This document shows, one piece after another, positions 35,130-57,152 of a stretch of 64,000 nucleotides of DNA. The position numbers and the translations under genes were made by a program. The DNA comes from Scyliorhinus canicula (lineage: Eukaryota). Below the pieces are notes generated by a model that made no database searches, was not told the DNA's origin, and saw only the letters and a program-made list of their open reading frames with translations. Where the stretch lies: NCBI RefSeq assembly GCF_902713615.1, contig NC_052168.1, positions 1,240,001 to 1,304,000 of the forward strand, written 5' to 3'. Position 1 is the first letter of the stretch. Each line of letters starts with the position of its first letter.

Positions 35130-36622
35130 CTCTCACCTGGTCGTGCACTCAGAGCCTGCGAGGACCAGCTGGCAGAGGTATTCGCGGATATCTTTAACCG
35201 GTCCCTACTCCACTCCGAGGTCCCCACCTGCTTCAAGAAGACCACCATCATACCGGTACCAAAGAAGAACCAGGCAACGTGCCTCAATGACTACCGTCCG
35301 GTGGCCCTGACTTCAGTCATAATGAAGTGCTTCGAGAGGTTGATCATGAAGCGCATCATCCCCATACTCCCAGAACGCCTTGATCCGCTGCGATTCGCAT
35401 ACCGTTGCAACCGGTCCACATCAGACGCTATTTCCCTGGCCCTACACTCATCCCTAGAGCATCTCGAAAACAAGGACTCTGACATCAGACTCCTATTTAT
35501 TGACTACAGCTCCGCCTTCAACACCATAATCCCAGCCAAGCTCATATCAAACTCCAAAACCTAGGACTTGGCTCTCCACTCTGCAACTGGATCCTCGATT
35601 TTCTGACCAACGGACCACAATCAGTAAGAATGAACAACATCACCTCCTCCACAATAGTCCTCAATACCGGTGCCCCGCAAGGCTGCGTACTTAGCCCCCT
35701 ACTCTACTCCCTGTACACACACGACTTTGTGACAAAACTTGGTTCCAACTCCATCTACAAGTTTGCTGACGATACGACCATAGTGGGCCGGATCTTGAAT
35801 AACGAGTCAGAATATAGGAGGGAGATAGAGAACCTAGTGGAGTGGTGTAACGACAACAATCTCTCCCTCAATGCCAGCAAAACTAAAGAGCTGGTCATTG
35901 ACTTCAGGAAGCAAAGTACTGTACACACCCCTGTCAGCATCAACGGGGCCGAGGTGGAGATGGTTAACAGCTTCAAATTTCTAGTGGTGCACATCTCCAA
36001 AAATCTGTCCTGGTCCACTCACGTCGATGCTATCACTAAGAAAGCACAACAGCGCCTATACTTCCTCAGGAAACTAAGGAAATTCGGCATGTCCACATTA
36101 ACCCTTACCAACTTTTACAGATGCACCATAGAAAGCATCCTATCGGGCTGCATCACAGCCTGGTATGGCAACTGCTCGGCCCAGAACCACAAGAAACTTC
36201 AGAGGATCGTGAACACAGCCCAGTCCATCACACGAACCTGCCTCCCATCCATTGACTCCATCTACACCTCCCGCTGCCTGGGGAAAGCGGGCAGCATAAT
36301 CAAGGATCCCTCCCACCCAGCTTACTCACTCCTTCCATCGGGCAGGAGATACAGAAGTCTGAGAACACGCACACTCAAGAACAGCTTCTTCCCCACTGTC
36401 ACCAGACTCCTAAATGATCCTCTTATGGACTGACCTCATTAACACTACACCCTGTATGCTTCATCCGATGCCAGTGCTTATGTAGTTACATTGTATATGT
36501 TGTGTTGCCCTATTATGTATTTTCTTTTAGTCCCATGTACTTAATGATCTGCTGAGCTGCTCACAGAAAAATGCTTTTCACTGTACCTCGGTACGTGACA
36601 ATAAACACATCCAATCCAATCA
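35130..36622 (+). mobile_element. Rex1/Babar-type LINE, 3' part (RT), degenerate
   Basis: Motifs [47 protein letters not shown] and [14 protein letters not shown]. Tail gtgacaataaa followed by (atcca)n. Confidence 0.88.
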
Positions 36623-36947
36623 CCTGCTCCACACGTAGACTCCTGCTACCCAGCCACTGAACTACACCTTCATTAAATTGAACTTTAATCACCAAGCCCT
36701 GTACACCACACGGTGCAGGTTTTACTGAGCTGGGCCAGAATTGTAATTATCACAGATCAAAGCCTTGTGAGATTGAAGTGGGGATCAAGGAAGGTATAAA
36801 CCCGTCTTTATCTGATGTGAGAAACTTTTCAACCCACATGCTCTCAATCTCAGACATAAAGGGCCAATAACAAAGTCACAGGTTTTCAATATGACAGAAT
36901 TTATCAATGACCGAGTGTTAACGTTGGTATCTCAGGTTGGCAAAACC

Positions 36948-37447
36948 ATAAGACATAAAAGCTGAATTAGGCCACTCGGCCCATCGAGTCTGTTCCACCA
37001 TTCAATCATGGCTGATATTTTCTCTTTCCCATTCTCCTGCCTTCTCCCCATAATCCCTGATCCTCTCATTAATCAAGAATCTATCTGTCTTAAAGATACT
37101 CAGTGATTTGGCCTCCACAACCTTCTGCAGCAGAGTTCCAGATTCACCACCCTCTGTCTGAACAAATTCCTCATCTCTTTTAAAGAATCTTCCCTTTAGT
37201 CTGAGGTGTCCTCTGGTTCTAGTTTTTCCTACAAGTGGAAACATCCTCTCCACATCCACTCTATCCAGGCCTCGCAGTATCGTATGTTTCAATAAGATCT
37301 CCCCTCATCTTTATAAACTCCAACGAGTACAAGCCCAGTCCTCAACCGTTCCTCATACGACAAGCTCTTCATTCCAGGGATTATTCTTGTGAACCTCCAG
37401 TGGACCCTTTCCAAGGCCAGCACATCTTTCCTTAGATACAGGGTCCA
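36948..37447 (-). mobile_element. CR1 LINE 3' fragment
   Basis: Minus-strand LRKDVLALERV...RFTRIIPGMKSLSYEERL followed by a CR1-like 3'UTR. Confidence 0.8.
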
Positions 37448-37883
37448 AGATACAAGGTTAAACTGCGCAAACAAATTCCCTATGTTGACACCAGAGGCCA
37501 ACCCATTGCAGTCAGTTATCTAGACAAACTCAGCAACTGTTTGGCACAGCAAGATCCCACACAGACCAGCCAGTTGTTCAGCTCCATGGTTTAACATCAT
37601 GTGTTGAAAAACAGAATGTAGATAAACCGACAGTTGCCCCAGCACCAACCAGCTGAAGAACATTGAAACTAGTAACAATCGCTGTACTGTTGATTTTGTT
37701 TGTAGTTGTTGAGATGTGTAATATGCCATGTCTACCCATCCTCCGATGTTTAACTGGACCTCACATGGAAATAAAATAAGATTGAATCAAATTCATTACA
37801 AAATAAAATGTAGTGCCAGCACCTGTTCACTGTGATTCAGCAAAGCAGGGTGCAGATTCCAGTATTAACATAGCACCAGTACT

Positions 37884-38103
37884 GGCAGCACGGTGGTGCA
37901 GTGGTTAGCACTGGAGCCTCACAGCACCAAGCACTAGGGTTCGATCCCAGCCCCGGGTCACCGTCCGTGTGGAGTTTGCACATTCTTCCCGTGTTTGCAT
38001 GGGTCCCACTCCCACAACCCAAAGATGTGCAGGATGGGCCACGCTAAATTTCTCATTAATTGGGGGGGGGGAATTGGAGACACTAAATTATTTTTTTTTA
38101 AAA
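37884..38103 (+). mobile_element. tRNA-derived SINE, short subfamily (diverged)
   Basis: Head and body match; lies just past the RPS11 poly(A) site. Confidence 0.8.
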
Positions 38104-38155
38104 AAGCACTAGAGATCTTAAATCTCATATTCAGGCAAGTCTGTTCACAAAGGCT

Positions 38156-38161
38156 TTTATT
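38156..38161 (-). terminator. RPS11 polyadenylation signal
   Basis: AATAAA on the minus strand about 22 nt after the stop, giving the short 3'UTR typical of ribosomal protein mRNAs. Confidence 0.8.
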
Positions 38162-38182
38162 GTAGCTGATTTACAATCATAT

Positions 38183-48151
<9,969 letters not shown>

Positions 48152-48159
<8 letters not shown>

Positions 48160-48285
48160 TTCGCGCCCTCAGTCCGGGGAAAAGAGCGAGGCGAGGCCAC
48201 GGGGTCTCTTAAACTGCGTCGCACGGCCGGAAGGACGTCATCACGCGGCCGGATATGACATCGCCGTACGGCGGAAGTGAAACTC
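48152..48285 (-). promoter_or_regulatory. RPS11 core promoter / 5'TOP start
   Basis: TCT/TOP tract CTCTTTTCCCC at 48186-48176. YY1-type AAATGGCGG overlaps the ATG. ETS/GABP-type CGGAAG at about 48229 and 48272. CRE-like GACGTCA at 48234-48240. Locally CpG-rich. Confidence 0.8.
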
Positions 48286-48346
48286 CTGCGCCGCCCTCCA
48301 GGTCACCTGAAATAGGAGTGAATTCACAGCGAGGTCCCAGAGAGCC

Positions 48347-49158
48347 CTGTCCCCATCAAACACTCCCAATGCACAGCGGCACACAGAGTACACCTCCCTC
48401 TGCACTGTCCCCATCAAACCCTCCCAATGCACAGAGTACACCTCCCTCTGCACTGTCCCCATCAAACCCTCCCAATGCACAGAGTACACCTCCCTCTGCA
48501 CTGTCCCCATCAAACCCTCCCAATGCACAGAGTACACCTCCCTCTGCACTGTCCCCATCAAACACTCCCAATGCACAGAGTACACCTCCCTCTGCACTGT
48601 CCCCATCAAACCCGCCCAATGCACAGAATACACCTCCCTCTGCACTGTCCCCATCAAACCCTCCCAATGCACAGAGTACACCTCCCTCTGCACTGTCCCC
48701 ATCAAACACTCCCAATGCACAGAGTACACCTCCCTCTGCACTGTCCCCATCAAACACTCCCAGGACAGGTACAGCACGGGGTTAGATACAGAGTAAAGCT
48801 CCCTCTACACTGTCCCCATCAAACACTCCCAGGACAGGTACAGCACGGGGTTAGATACAGAGTAAAGCTCCCTCTACACTGTCACCATCAAACACTCCCA
48901 GGACAGGTACAGTACAGGGTTAGATACAGAGTAAAGCTCCATCTACACTGTCCCCATCAAACACTCCCAGGACAGGTACAGCACGGGGTTAGATACAGAG
49001 TAAAGCTCCCTCTACACTGTACCCATCAAACACTCCCAGGACAGGTACAGCACGGGGTTAGATACAGAGTAAAGCTCCCTCTACACTGTCCCCATCAAAC
49101 ACTCCCAGGACAGTACAGCACGGGGTTAGATACAGAGTAAAGCTCCCTCTGCACTGTT
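48347..49158. repeat. 48-bp variant array followed by the 69-bp satellite
   Basis: Same family as 6470-7990. Confidence 0.95.
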
Positions 49159-49389
49159 CCTATTGCTGTGCATTGCTCCAAGACTAACATGTTTAGCTGC
49201 AGGCAACCTTTATTCACACCTCCCCAACAGAGGGGGCAATATCACACAATGTTTGAGATCTTGCCATGTAAAGTGCTGAACTCTGCAAAATATCTGGTTG
49301 AATGGATTGTGCTGTCAATTACCTTATTAAATGAAACCAAAACCTGTGCTTTGAATCAAGATCTAAGTGTTGATTTAAACACAAACCTA

Positions 49390-49665
49390 CTGTTGCTTCA
49401 AAGCACCACCTACCCGGGTTCGAATCCCGGCTTGGTTCATTGTCTGTGCGGAGTCTGCACATTCTCCCCTTGTCTGGGTGGGTTTCCTCCCGCAAGTCCC
49501 GAAAGACGTGCTCGCTAGGTGAATTGGACATTCTGAATTCTCCCTCCGTGTACCCGAACAGGCGCCGGAGTGTGGCGACTAGGGGATTTTTTCAGTAACT
49601 TCATTGCAGTATTAATGTAAGTCTACTTGCGACAATAAAAAGATTATTTTTAAAAAATTATTAAA
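49390..49665 (+). mobile_element. V-SINE-type SINE with the alternative tail
   Basis: Same tail as the 33018 copy; flanked by aacacaaacct. Confidence 0.8.
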
Positions 49666-51609
49666 AAGAACACAAACCTGCTGCAAACATTACAATTCAC
49701 TTAACCATCCCTTTACACGGAAGCACACCAGAATCAATTGGTTTCATAAGCACATATTAACATTCAATACTTTAATGCTCACAATATTTCAATTGCACAC
49801 TTGATTCTTGGCCTTGTTTTATTTAAAAAGCCACTGACACATACATGAAAATATGCCTTGGATTTTTTTGGTTGTTAAAGTGCCATTGTTGTTGTTGGTT
49901 AATGCTCATTTAGCAGCAAAGCAAATGTTTAACAGAGACGATCATCGCCTTTTTGACATACTTTTTAAAAATTGGAGAATTAAATTGAGCAGCACATTAA
50001 CTCTATTTTGTGCTGTCTGTCGCCCGGTTTCAGTAAATAGAGGCAGTGAAATTACTGGACTCTTGAATGGTGAAAAATACCCAATACCGCTGACTCAGAA
50101 TCTGCGCTTCCAAACAGGGCTCATAACTGGAGAATGTTTTGTTTTTGTGGGGCGAGGTATCAGCGAGAGATCTTGTGCTGCAGTCATACCTCTAAGCCAG
50201 AAGCTCTGATGGCTAATGAAAGTGTGTTCATAATGTGGCCAAACAGCTTGAATACAAGCCTGTAAATCCTCCCCATATGCCTGATGGCAGGCAGGAAGAA
50301 GAGGGGGGGGTTTCCTGGCCAACCAGACTGCAGAAGGCAAAGCCGCTGCAGTGCTTTGGTGAGCAGAATCATGGACCAATCCAATGAAAGTCCACGGTCG
50401 CTAACGGCCTCTTCACACCTGGAGGAGGAGGAGGATGCATCGGTATAAGCAGAGGCTCACAAAACTATAATTTCTACCAGCGGCAATACTGCCTGAGATT
50501 GGATTACCTGTTGCTGAAGGAATAATCCCACTCCACGTCCTGCCAGGTATCACATACAGAAACAAACATCCACATTTCAATCTTTTATTAAAAATTAAAA
50601 ATGCGAAATGAATGAGCCCACACTCATGGGCATAAAGGCAGCTGTGAGCACTTGACTAGGAGAACATCCTATCTGTGCCTCCTGATGGTTTTGTAGGTTC
50701 AGGTCACTTATGGAGTGGAGCGGAGTAGCACGCAGACAGGCCTGCAGAGTCCACTCCACATATTCAGCAACTCACACCGAAGCCTGGTCAGAGCTGCTTG
50801 GCAATCTCCACGTAAAAAACATTACAATCAGACCAGGGTCATCACACATGATGTGGGCAGCCGGTCAGCTTCAAGCAGGCTTTCCAACAGCTTTGCAGTG
50901 GTGACATGAAAAGGCTGGGTTTCAAACTCCATTTCCCCCTGTGCCATCGGATAGGAGGTGATCTTAGTCCAGGTATTTTGATAAATTTTCATCAGTAGCA
51001 AAGCAAAGCATAGACAAATTTCAGATTCCATCACCTGGCTGAAAGGTGATGAATAAACCACTGACAGAAAGAAATGAGGAAAACTTGCAGCTTGGACACA
51101 CTCTCCAGCGGTGATTTACCCACAGCAGGCTGACCAGGAGTGCCTGGCAAACTGAGGCCAGAGCTGCGAATGTGCTGCTTCACATCACAATCTATTGCAT
51201 TAACTGAAATTCAGACATTGTGGCTACCCATAGAACACATTGCTGAGTAAAGGGCCCATTTAGTGGGGTGGACATTACTCCCTATGTCAATAAGACGACT
51301 AACTTTCACATTGTAAAATACTTTGAAAATTCCTCTTGGGGCATTATGAAACATCAAACAGTTAAAAACCTTCATTAAAAACACAAATATACAATAATAA
51401 ATTCACAACAGCAATCTGCTGCAAGAACTGGTCATTTCTGGTACCGAAGCACTTACATCACTAGCACATACACAGTTTAACTGTTTAGCAGCTCAATCCA
51501 TTGCAACAGCAGATTCTTCAGATGAATCTCTCCTTCTTGTGAATTCCCTAATCTTGACAGTAATTCTCCACATTGGATATGTCCTTTTTTTTCTTTGCTG
51601 TGGGCAAGA

Positions 51610-52958
51610 TGCTGGCTCTCACTGGGGGACAGTTCCTGAAGATGCTGACTCTCACTGGGACACAGTTCCTGGAGGTGCTGACTCTCACTGGGACCCAGTT
51701 CCTGAAGGTGCTGACTCTCACTGGGACCCAGTTCCTGAAGGTGCTGACTCTCACTGGGACACAGTTCCTGAAGGTGCTGACTCTCACTGGGACCCAGTTC
51801 CTGAAGGTGCTGACTCTCACTGGGACCCAGTTCCAGAAGGTGCTGACTCTCACTGGGGGACAGTTCCTGAAGGTGCTGACTCTCACTGGGACACAGTTCC
51901 TGAAGGTGCTGACTCTCACTGGGGGACAGTTCCTGAAGGTGCTCACTCTCACTGGGACACAGTTCTTGAAGGTGCTGACTCTCACTGGGACACAGTTCTT
52001 GAAGGTGCTGACTCTCACTGGGGCACAGTTCTTGAAGGTGCTGACTCTCACTGGGACACAGTTCCTGAAGGTGCTGACTCTCACTGGGACACAGTTCCTG
52101 AAGGTGCTGACTCTCACTGGGACCCAGTTCCAGAAGGTGCTGACTCTCACTGGGGGACAGTTCCTGAAGGTGCTGACTCTCACTGGGACACAGTTCCTGA
52201 AGGTGCTGACTCTCACTGGGGGACAGTTCCTGAAGGTGCTGACTCTCACTGGGCCACAGTTCTTGAAGGTGCTGACTCTCACTGGGACACAGTTCTTGAA
52301 GGTGCTGACTCTCACTGGGGCACAGTTCTTGAAGGTGCTGACTCTCACTGGGACACAGTTCCTGAAGGTGCTGACTCTCACTGGGACACAGTTCCTGAAG
52401 GTGCTGACTCTCACTGGGACACAGTTCCTGAAGGTGCTCTCACTGGGACACAGTTCTTGAAGGTGCTGACTCTCACTTGGGTACAGTTCCTGAAGGTGCT
52501 GACTCTCACTGGGGTACAGTTGCTGAAGGTGCTGACTCTCACTGGGGTACAGTTCCTGAAGGTGCTGACTCTCACTGGGGTACAGTTCCGGAAGGTGCTG
52601 ACTCTCACTGGGACACAGTTCCTGAAGGTGCTGACTCTCCCTGGGACACAGTTCCTGAAGGTGCTGACTCTCACTGGGACACAGTTCCTGAAGGTGCTGA
52701 CTCTCACTAGGGGACAGTTCCTGAAGGTGCTGACTCTCACTGGGACACAGTTCCTGAAGGTGCTGACTCTCCCTGGGACACAGTTCCTGAAGGTGCTGAC
52801 TCTCACTGGGACACAGTTCCTGAAGGTGCTGACTCTCCCTGGGACACAGTTCCTGAAGGTGCTGACTCTCACTGGGATACAGTTCCTGCGTGTGCTGACT
52901 CTCCCTGGGACACAGTTCCTGAAGGTGCTGACTCTCACTAGGGGACAGTTCCCCTGAA
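51610..52958 (+). repeat. 33-bp minisatellite (cactgggacacagttcctgaaggtgctgactct)n, about 40 copies
   Basis: Read directly from the sequence. Confidence 0.97.
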
Positions 52959-54394
52959 GCTACAGTCTCCCTTGGTGACAGATCCTTAAGTATTGAAGAG
53001 CCCTCTGGCGCCTCACCAGAGAAGTAATTGTGTATGCGTGCCTTTAAATGGTGAGTACTGATACAAAGTGACCAGGAGCAGGAACTGTACAGTGATCAGG
53101 AAATGAGAGATTTTAGAAAAAGTGAACAGGTGCAATTCCCCCAGCCCCCAATGTCAGCGTTGCTATGCCTGGGGGTTGGGAGAATTGCACATTGCCTGTC
53201 ATAAAGAAACACTTCTTCCTAATTGCTGTTGAATTACTTCAGTCATTCTTCCCCTCCAATTCCTTTCCTTACTGCACATCTTTACATCAACATTCTTCAT
53301 GCTCCATCCGAGTGTTTCTTTAGGCTGCAACTCAATGCCTCTGAGCTCACATGGCGGGCCTCAGTTGGGACCACAGCCGAGATTAAATGGAGGTTGGGAG
53401 AATTGGGCATTTACTGGCCCTCACCTCAGGTATGAATAACAGCCACTTATGCAAGATACAGGAAAGTCCATGATTCCCGTTGTGACACAGCAAGTGTAAC
53501 GTTCAGTGTGACACTGAGTGTTCAAGAATTCCTCTTGTACTGATGGCGAGATCCCAGGTTTAATCCCAGAGTAGGAAATCTCTGAACCCAGCCTCAACTG
53601 GCAAGGAGTGCCCAAGTCTCCAGTGTTGAGCAAGTGAGCTGGGAGGGAATCCCATGATACCACTATTCTCATGTGACACTTGTGGAAGGTTAGGGGAGAT
53701 TTAGAGGTTAGAACAAATAAAGTTCAGAGTTATTTTCCACCTCCCACCCCTGCTCCACAAGGTGGCCACTCTTGCTGGGAAACAACAACCCCTGGGGTCT
53801 TGTGACTCACTCCTCCATGAATGTTTCCTCTGAGCTACACTGCTGAGAACATACAAAAGTGCAACAAACAGGCGACTCAGAACAACAAAATACTAGAGGG
53901 AACATTACCCAAAAGTAATTGTGCACTCCCCATCCAACAGGAAGCTGTGGATGAAGATCAGGAGCAGGTTCACCAGCTGATTCTGCCCTGAGAGAGACAA
54001 ACACAAACTAGGGACTGAAAGTGGGATCGCCGCATCTATGATGTTAGTAATAATAATAATAATCATTTATTGTCACAAGTTGGCTTCAATAAAGTTACTG
54101 TGAAAAGCCACTAGTGCAGCAGCTGTTGTAGAATTCACCCACTGAGGCACTCGTGGAGCTGGTTTGGTTTTAATGTGGGTTTGGGCTCGGTAAGAGGATT
54201 AGATCATGCACCCATGGTCCGAGGGTCTCCTGCAGTATTCCAAGGAAGTGATTCCAATGGTAAACTGACAGGTTAATGGGGAGAAGGCAAGAGGAGGACA
54301 ATCAAGACTGTTCAGATCTCGTTAGACTCAGATATTCTGAAGTATTAAATATAATTAGCAGCATTTACATCTAAAACTAGAAGGTGGACTGGGA

Positions 54395-55030
54395 CTGTGG
54401 GGAATCCGCTGGGGGAGATCACTGTGAGATTGTGGGGAATCTGCTGGGGGAGATCACAGAGAGATTGTGGGGAATCTGCTGGGGGTGATCCCTGTGAGAA
54501 TGTGGGGAATCTGCTGGGGGAGATCACAGAGAGATTGTGGGGAATCTGCTGGGGGTGATCACAGAGAGATTGTGGGGAATCTGCTGGGGGTGATCTCTGT
54601 GAGATTGTGGGGAATCCGCTGGGGGTGATCAATGTGAGGAATCCGCTGGGGGTGATCACTGAGATTGTGGGGAATTTGCTGGGTGTGATCTCAGAGATTG
54701 TGGGGAATCTGCTGGGTGTGATCTCAGAGATTGTGGGGAATCTGCTGGGTGTGATCTCAGAGATTGTGGGGAATCCGCTGGGGGTGATCTCAGAGATTAC
54801 GGGGAATCTGCTGGGGGCGATCTCAGAGATTATGGGGAATCTGCTGGGGATGATCTCAGAGATTGTGGGGAATCTGCTGGGGGCGATCTCAGTGATTGTG
54901 GAGAATCTGATGGGGGCGATCTCAGTGATTGTGGGGAATCTGATGGGGGTGATCTCAGAGATTACAGGGAATCTGCTGGGGGTGATCTCAGAGATTACAG
55001 GGAATCTGCTGGGGGTGATCTCAGAGATTG
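54395..55030. repeat. About 33-bp minisatellite (gagattgtggggaatctgctgggggtgatctca)n
   Basis: Read directly from the sequence. Confidence 0.93.
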
Positions 55031-55714
55031 CAGGTTGGTTGATATGTCATAGGTCTGTGCACTTTCATGTCTGAAATTTGTCTAAACACATTTGCAGGTC
55101 CCTGATGCAACAAGGCAACAGTCAGCAAACAGTGAAGGCAGTGAACATGGAAGCTGGATAAACAGCGATCGGGATTTTACTCTGAACGGCAATTACCTAA
55201 ACACGGCAGAACACCTCACTCGAGTTTATAAATTTATAAAGAATTAAATATTTCAGGCAGTATTTTAAAATACTAAGCTACGGTTAGTTTAGCTAACAAT
55301 TAGTCCAATTAGTTTTTAATAATTAAATAAAATATTGCAACTAGAGCTTGAAGTCAATTAACCCACAGAGCAGCCAGAACAAGCCCAGGAACTGGAGTGA
55401 GTTCACCAGAATGGCTCCTTTGCAAATTCATTAAATGTTCATATTTTACTGGCTACTAGTTTTCCAACACTGATCAATGAATTTGTGTCAAATTCCTGTG
55501 TACAATCTTAACAACATTGTTAATCTATTGATTTAAAATGGGTTTTCAGGAATTTCACCCACCCAATCGCTACATGGCGTGGGGTGTTCAGAAAACCACC
55601 CCGACCCATCCCCACCCCGGAGGATACTTGCCCCAGATATCAGGAGAATATTTAATTGAACAACATCCTAGCTGGGCTTGATTCTGTTCATGATTAAAAT
55701 CAACACACTGACGA

Positions 55715-56326
55715 ATGGATAAGGAATTCTGGCTGATTTCCCCTTTCTAATGGATAAGGAATTCTGGCTGATTTCCCCTTTCTAATGGATAAGGAATTCT
55801 GGCTGATTTCCTTTCTAATGGATAAGGAATCCTGGCTGATTCCCCCTTTCTAATGGATAAGGAATCCTGGCTGATTTCCCCTTTCTAATGGATAAGGAAT
55901 TCTGGCTGATTTCCCCTTTCTAATGGATAAGGAATCCTGGCTGATTTCCCCTTTCTAATGGATAAGGAATTCTGGCTGATTTCCTTTCTAATGGATAAGG
56001 AATCCTGGCTGATTCCCCCTTTCTAATGGATAAGGAATCCTGGCTGATTTCCCCTTTCTAATGGATAAGGAATTCTGGCTGATTTCCCCTTTCTAATGGA
56101 TAAGGAATCCTGGCTGATTTCCCCTTTCTAATGGATACGGAATCCTGGCTGATTCCCCCTTTCTAATGGATAAGGAATCCTGGCTGATTCCCCCTTTCTA
56201 ATGGATAAGGAATCCTGGCTGATTCCCCCTTTCTAATGGATAAGGAATCCTGGCTGATTCCCCCTTTCTAATGGATAAGGAATCCTGGCTGATTTCCCCT
56301 TTCTAATGGATAAGGAATTCTGGCTG
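55715..56326. repeat. 35-bp minisatellite (taatggataaggaatcctggctgatttcccctttc)n
   Basis: About 17 copies. Confidence 0.95.
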
Positions 56327-56670
56327 GATCGCCTCCCATGGGTGTTGACATCAACTCTTAAATCCTAAACTGAGTTTATTTTGGAATACAGATTGGGATT
56401 CACACCTGGCTCCTTTCTGTTGTGTGTCTCATCCACTCACTGAGCCATGTGGGGAAGTTCCTTGTTTTTCTTTGGGGAGGGGAGTGGGGGGGTGGGGGTG
56501 TAATGAGGTGTGCTGTGCTCACCACTTCCCCATCCAGTGATATTATACAGCTGCTTTATATCGCTGGGTGAAACGTCCTTGTGTGTACAGCATAGGTTTG
56601 CTCAACATTCAATTATCCCAGGTAAATCCAGCGTGTGGGATTTACCTAGTTCAGCCTGGCACACGTGTGT

Positions 56671-56927
56671 TTATATAATGTGCGTGGCCATGTGCCTCTC
56701 CAGTAGAGTCTTGTGAGAGAAACGCTTGTTACAGACATGACACTCGAAGGCCTTCTCACCACGATGTAGCCGCATGTGCACATTCAAGGAGCTCTTTTGT
56801 GTGAAGCGTTTATTGCACACCGGGCACTGGTACGCTCGCACTCCTGTATGTGTGACCATGTGCTTTATCAAGTAGTCCCTAAGCGAGAATGACCGCCAAC
56901 ACACGCTGCATTGATGGGGTTTCTCAC
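56671..56927 (-). CDS. ZBTB45: ZBTB45 last coding exon (fingers 2-4)
   Basis: ctcctgcag|(G)[18 protein letters not shown]...[11 protein letters not shown]. Confidence 0.93.
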
Positions 56928-57121
56928 CTGCAGGAGGTGGGGAGAAAAGAGATCAATAAATCAGAGAAGAGAGAGACTGAAAATGATCATTAGACACCAT
57001 TCAGTAATCAATGAACTGATGGCCAAATGTGCAAAGGTGTCAGTGGTGTGACAGTGAGCCAGACTTTGCACATATTCACACTCCCGACGTAAACTGAGTA
57101 ACTGATCTGATCTGGCAGTAT

Positions 57122-57152
<31 letters not shown>

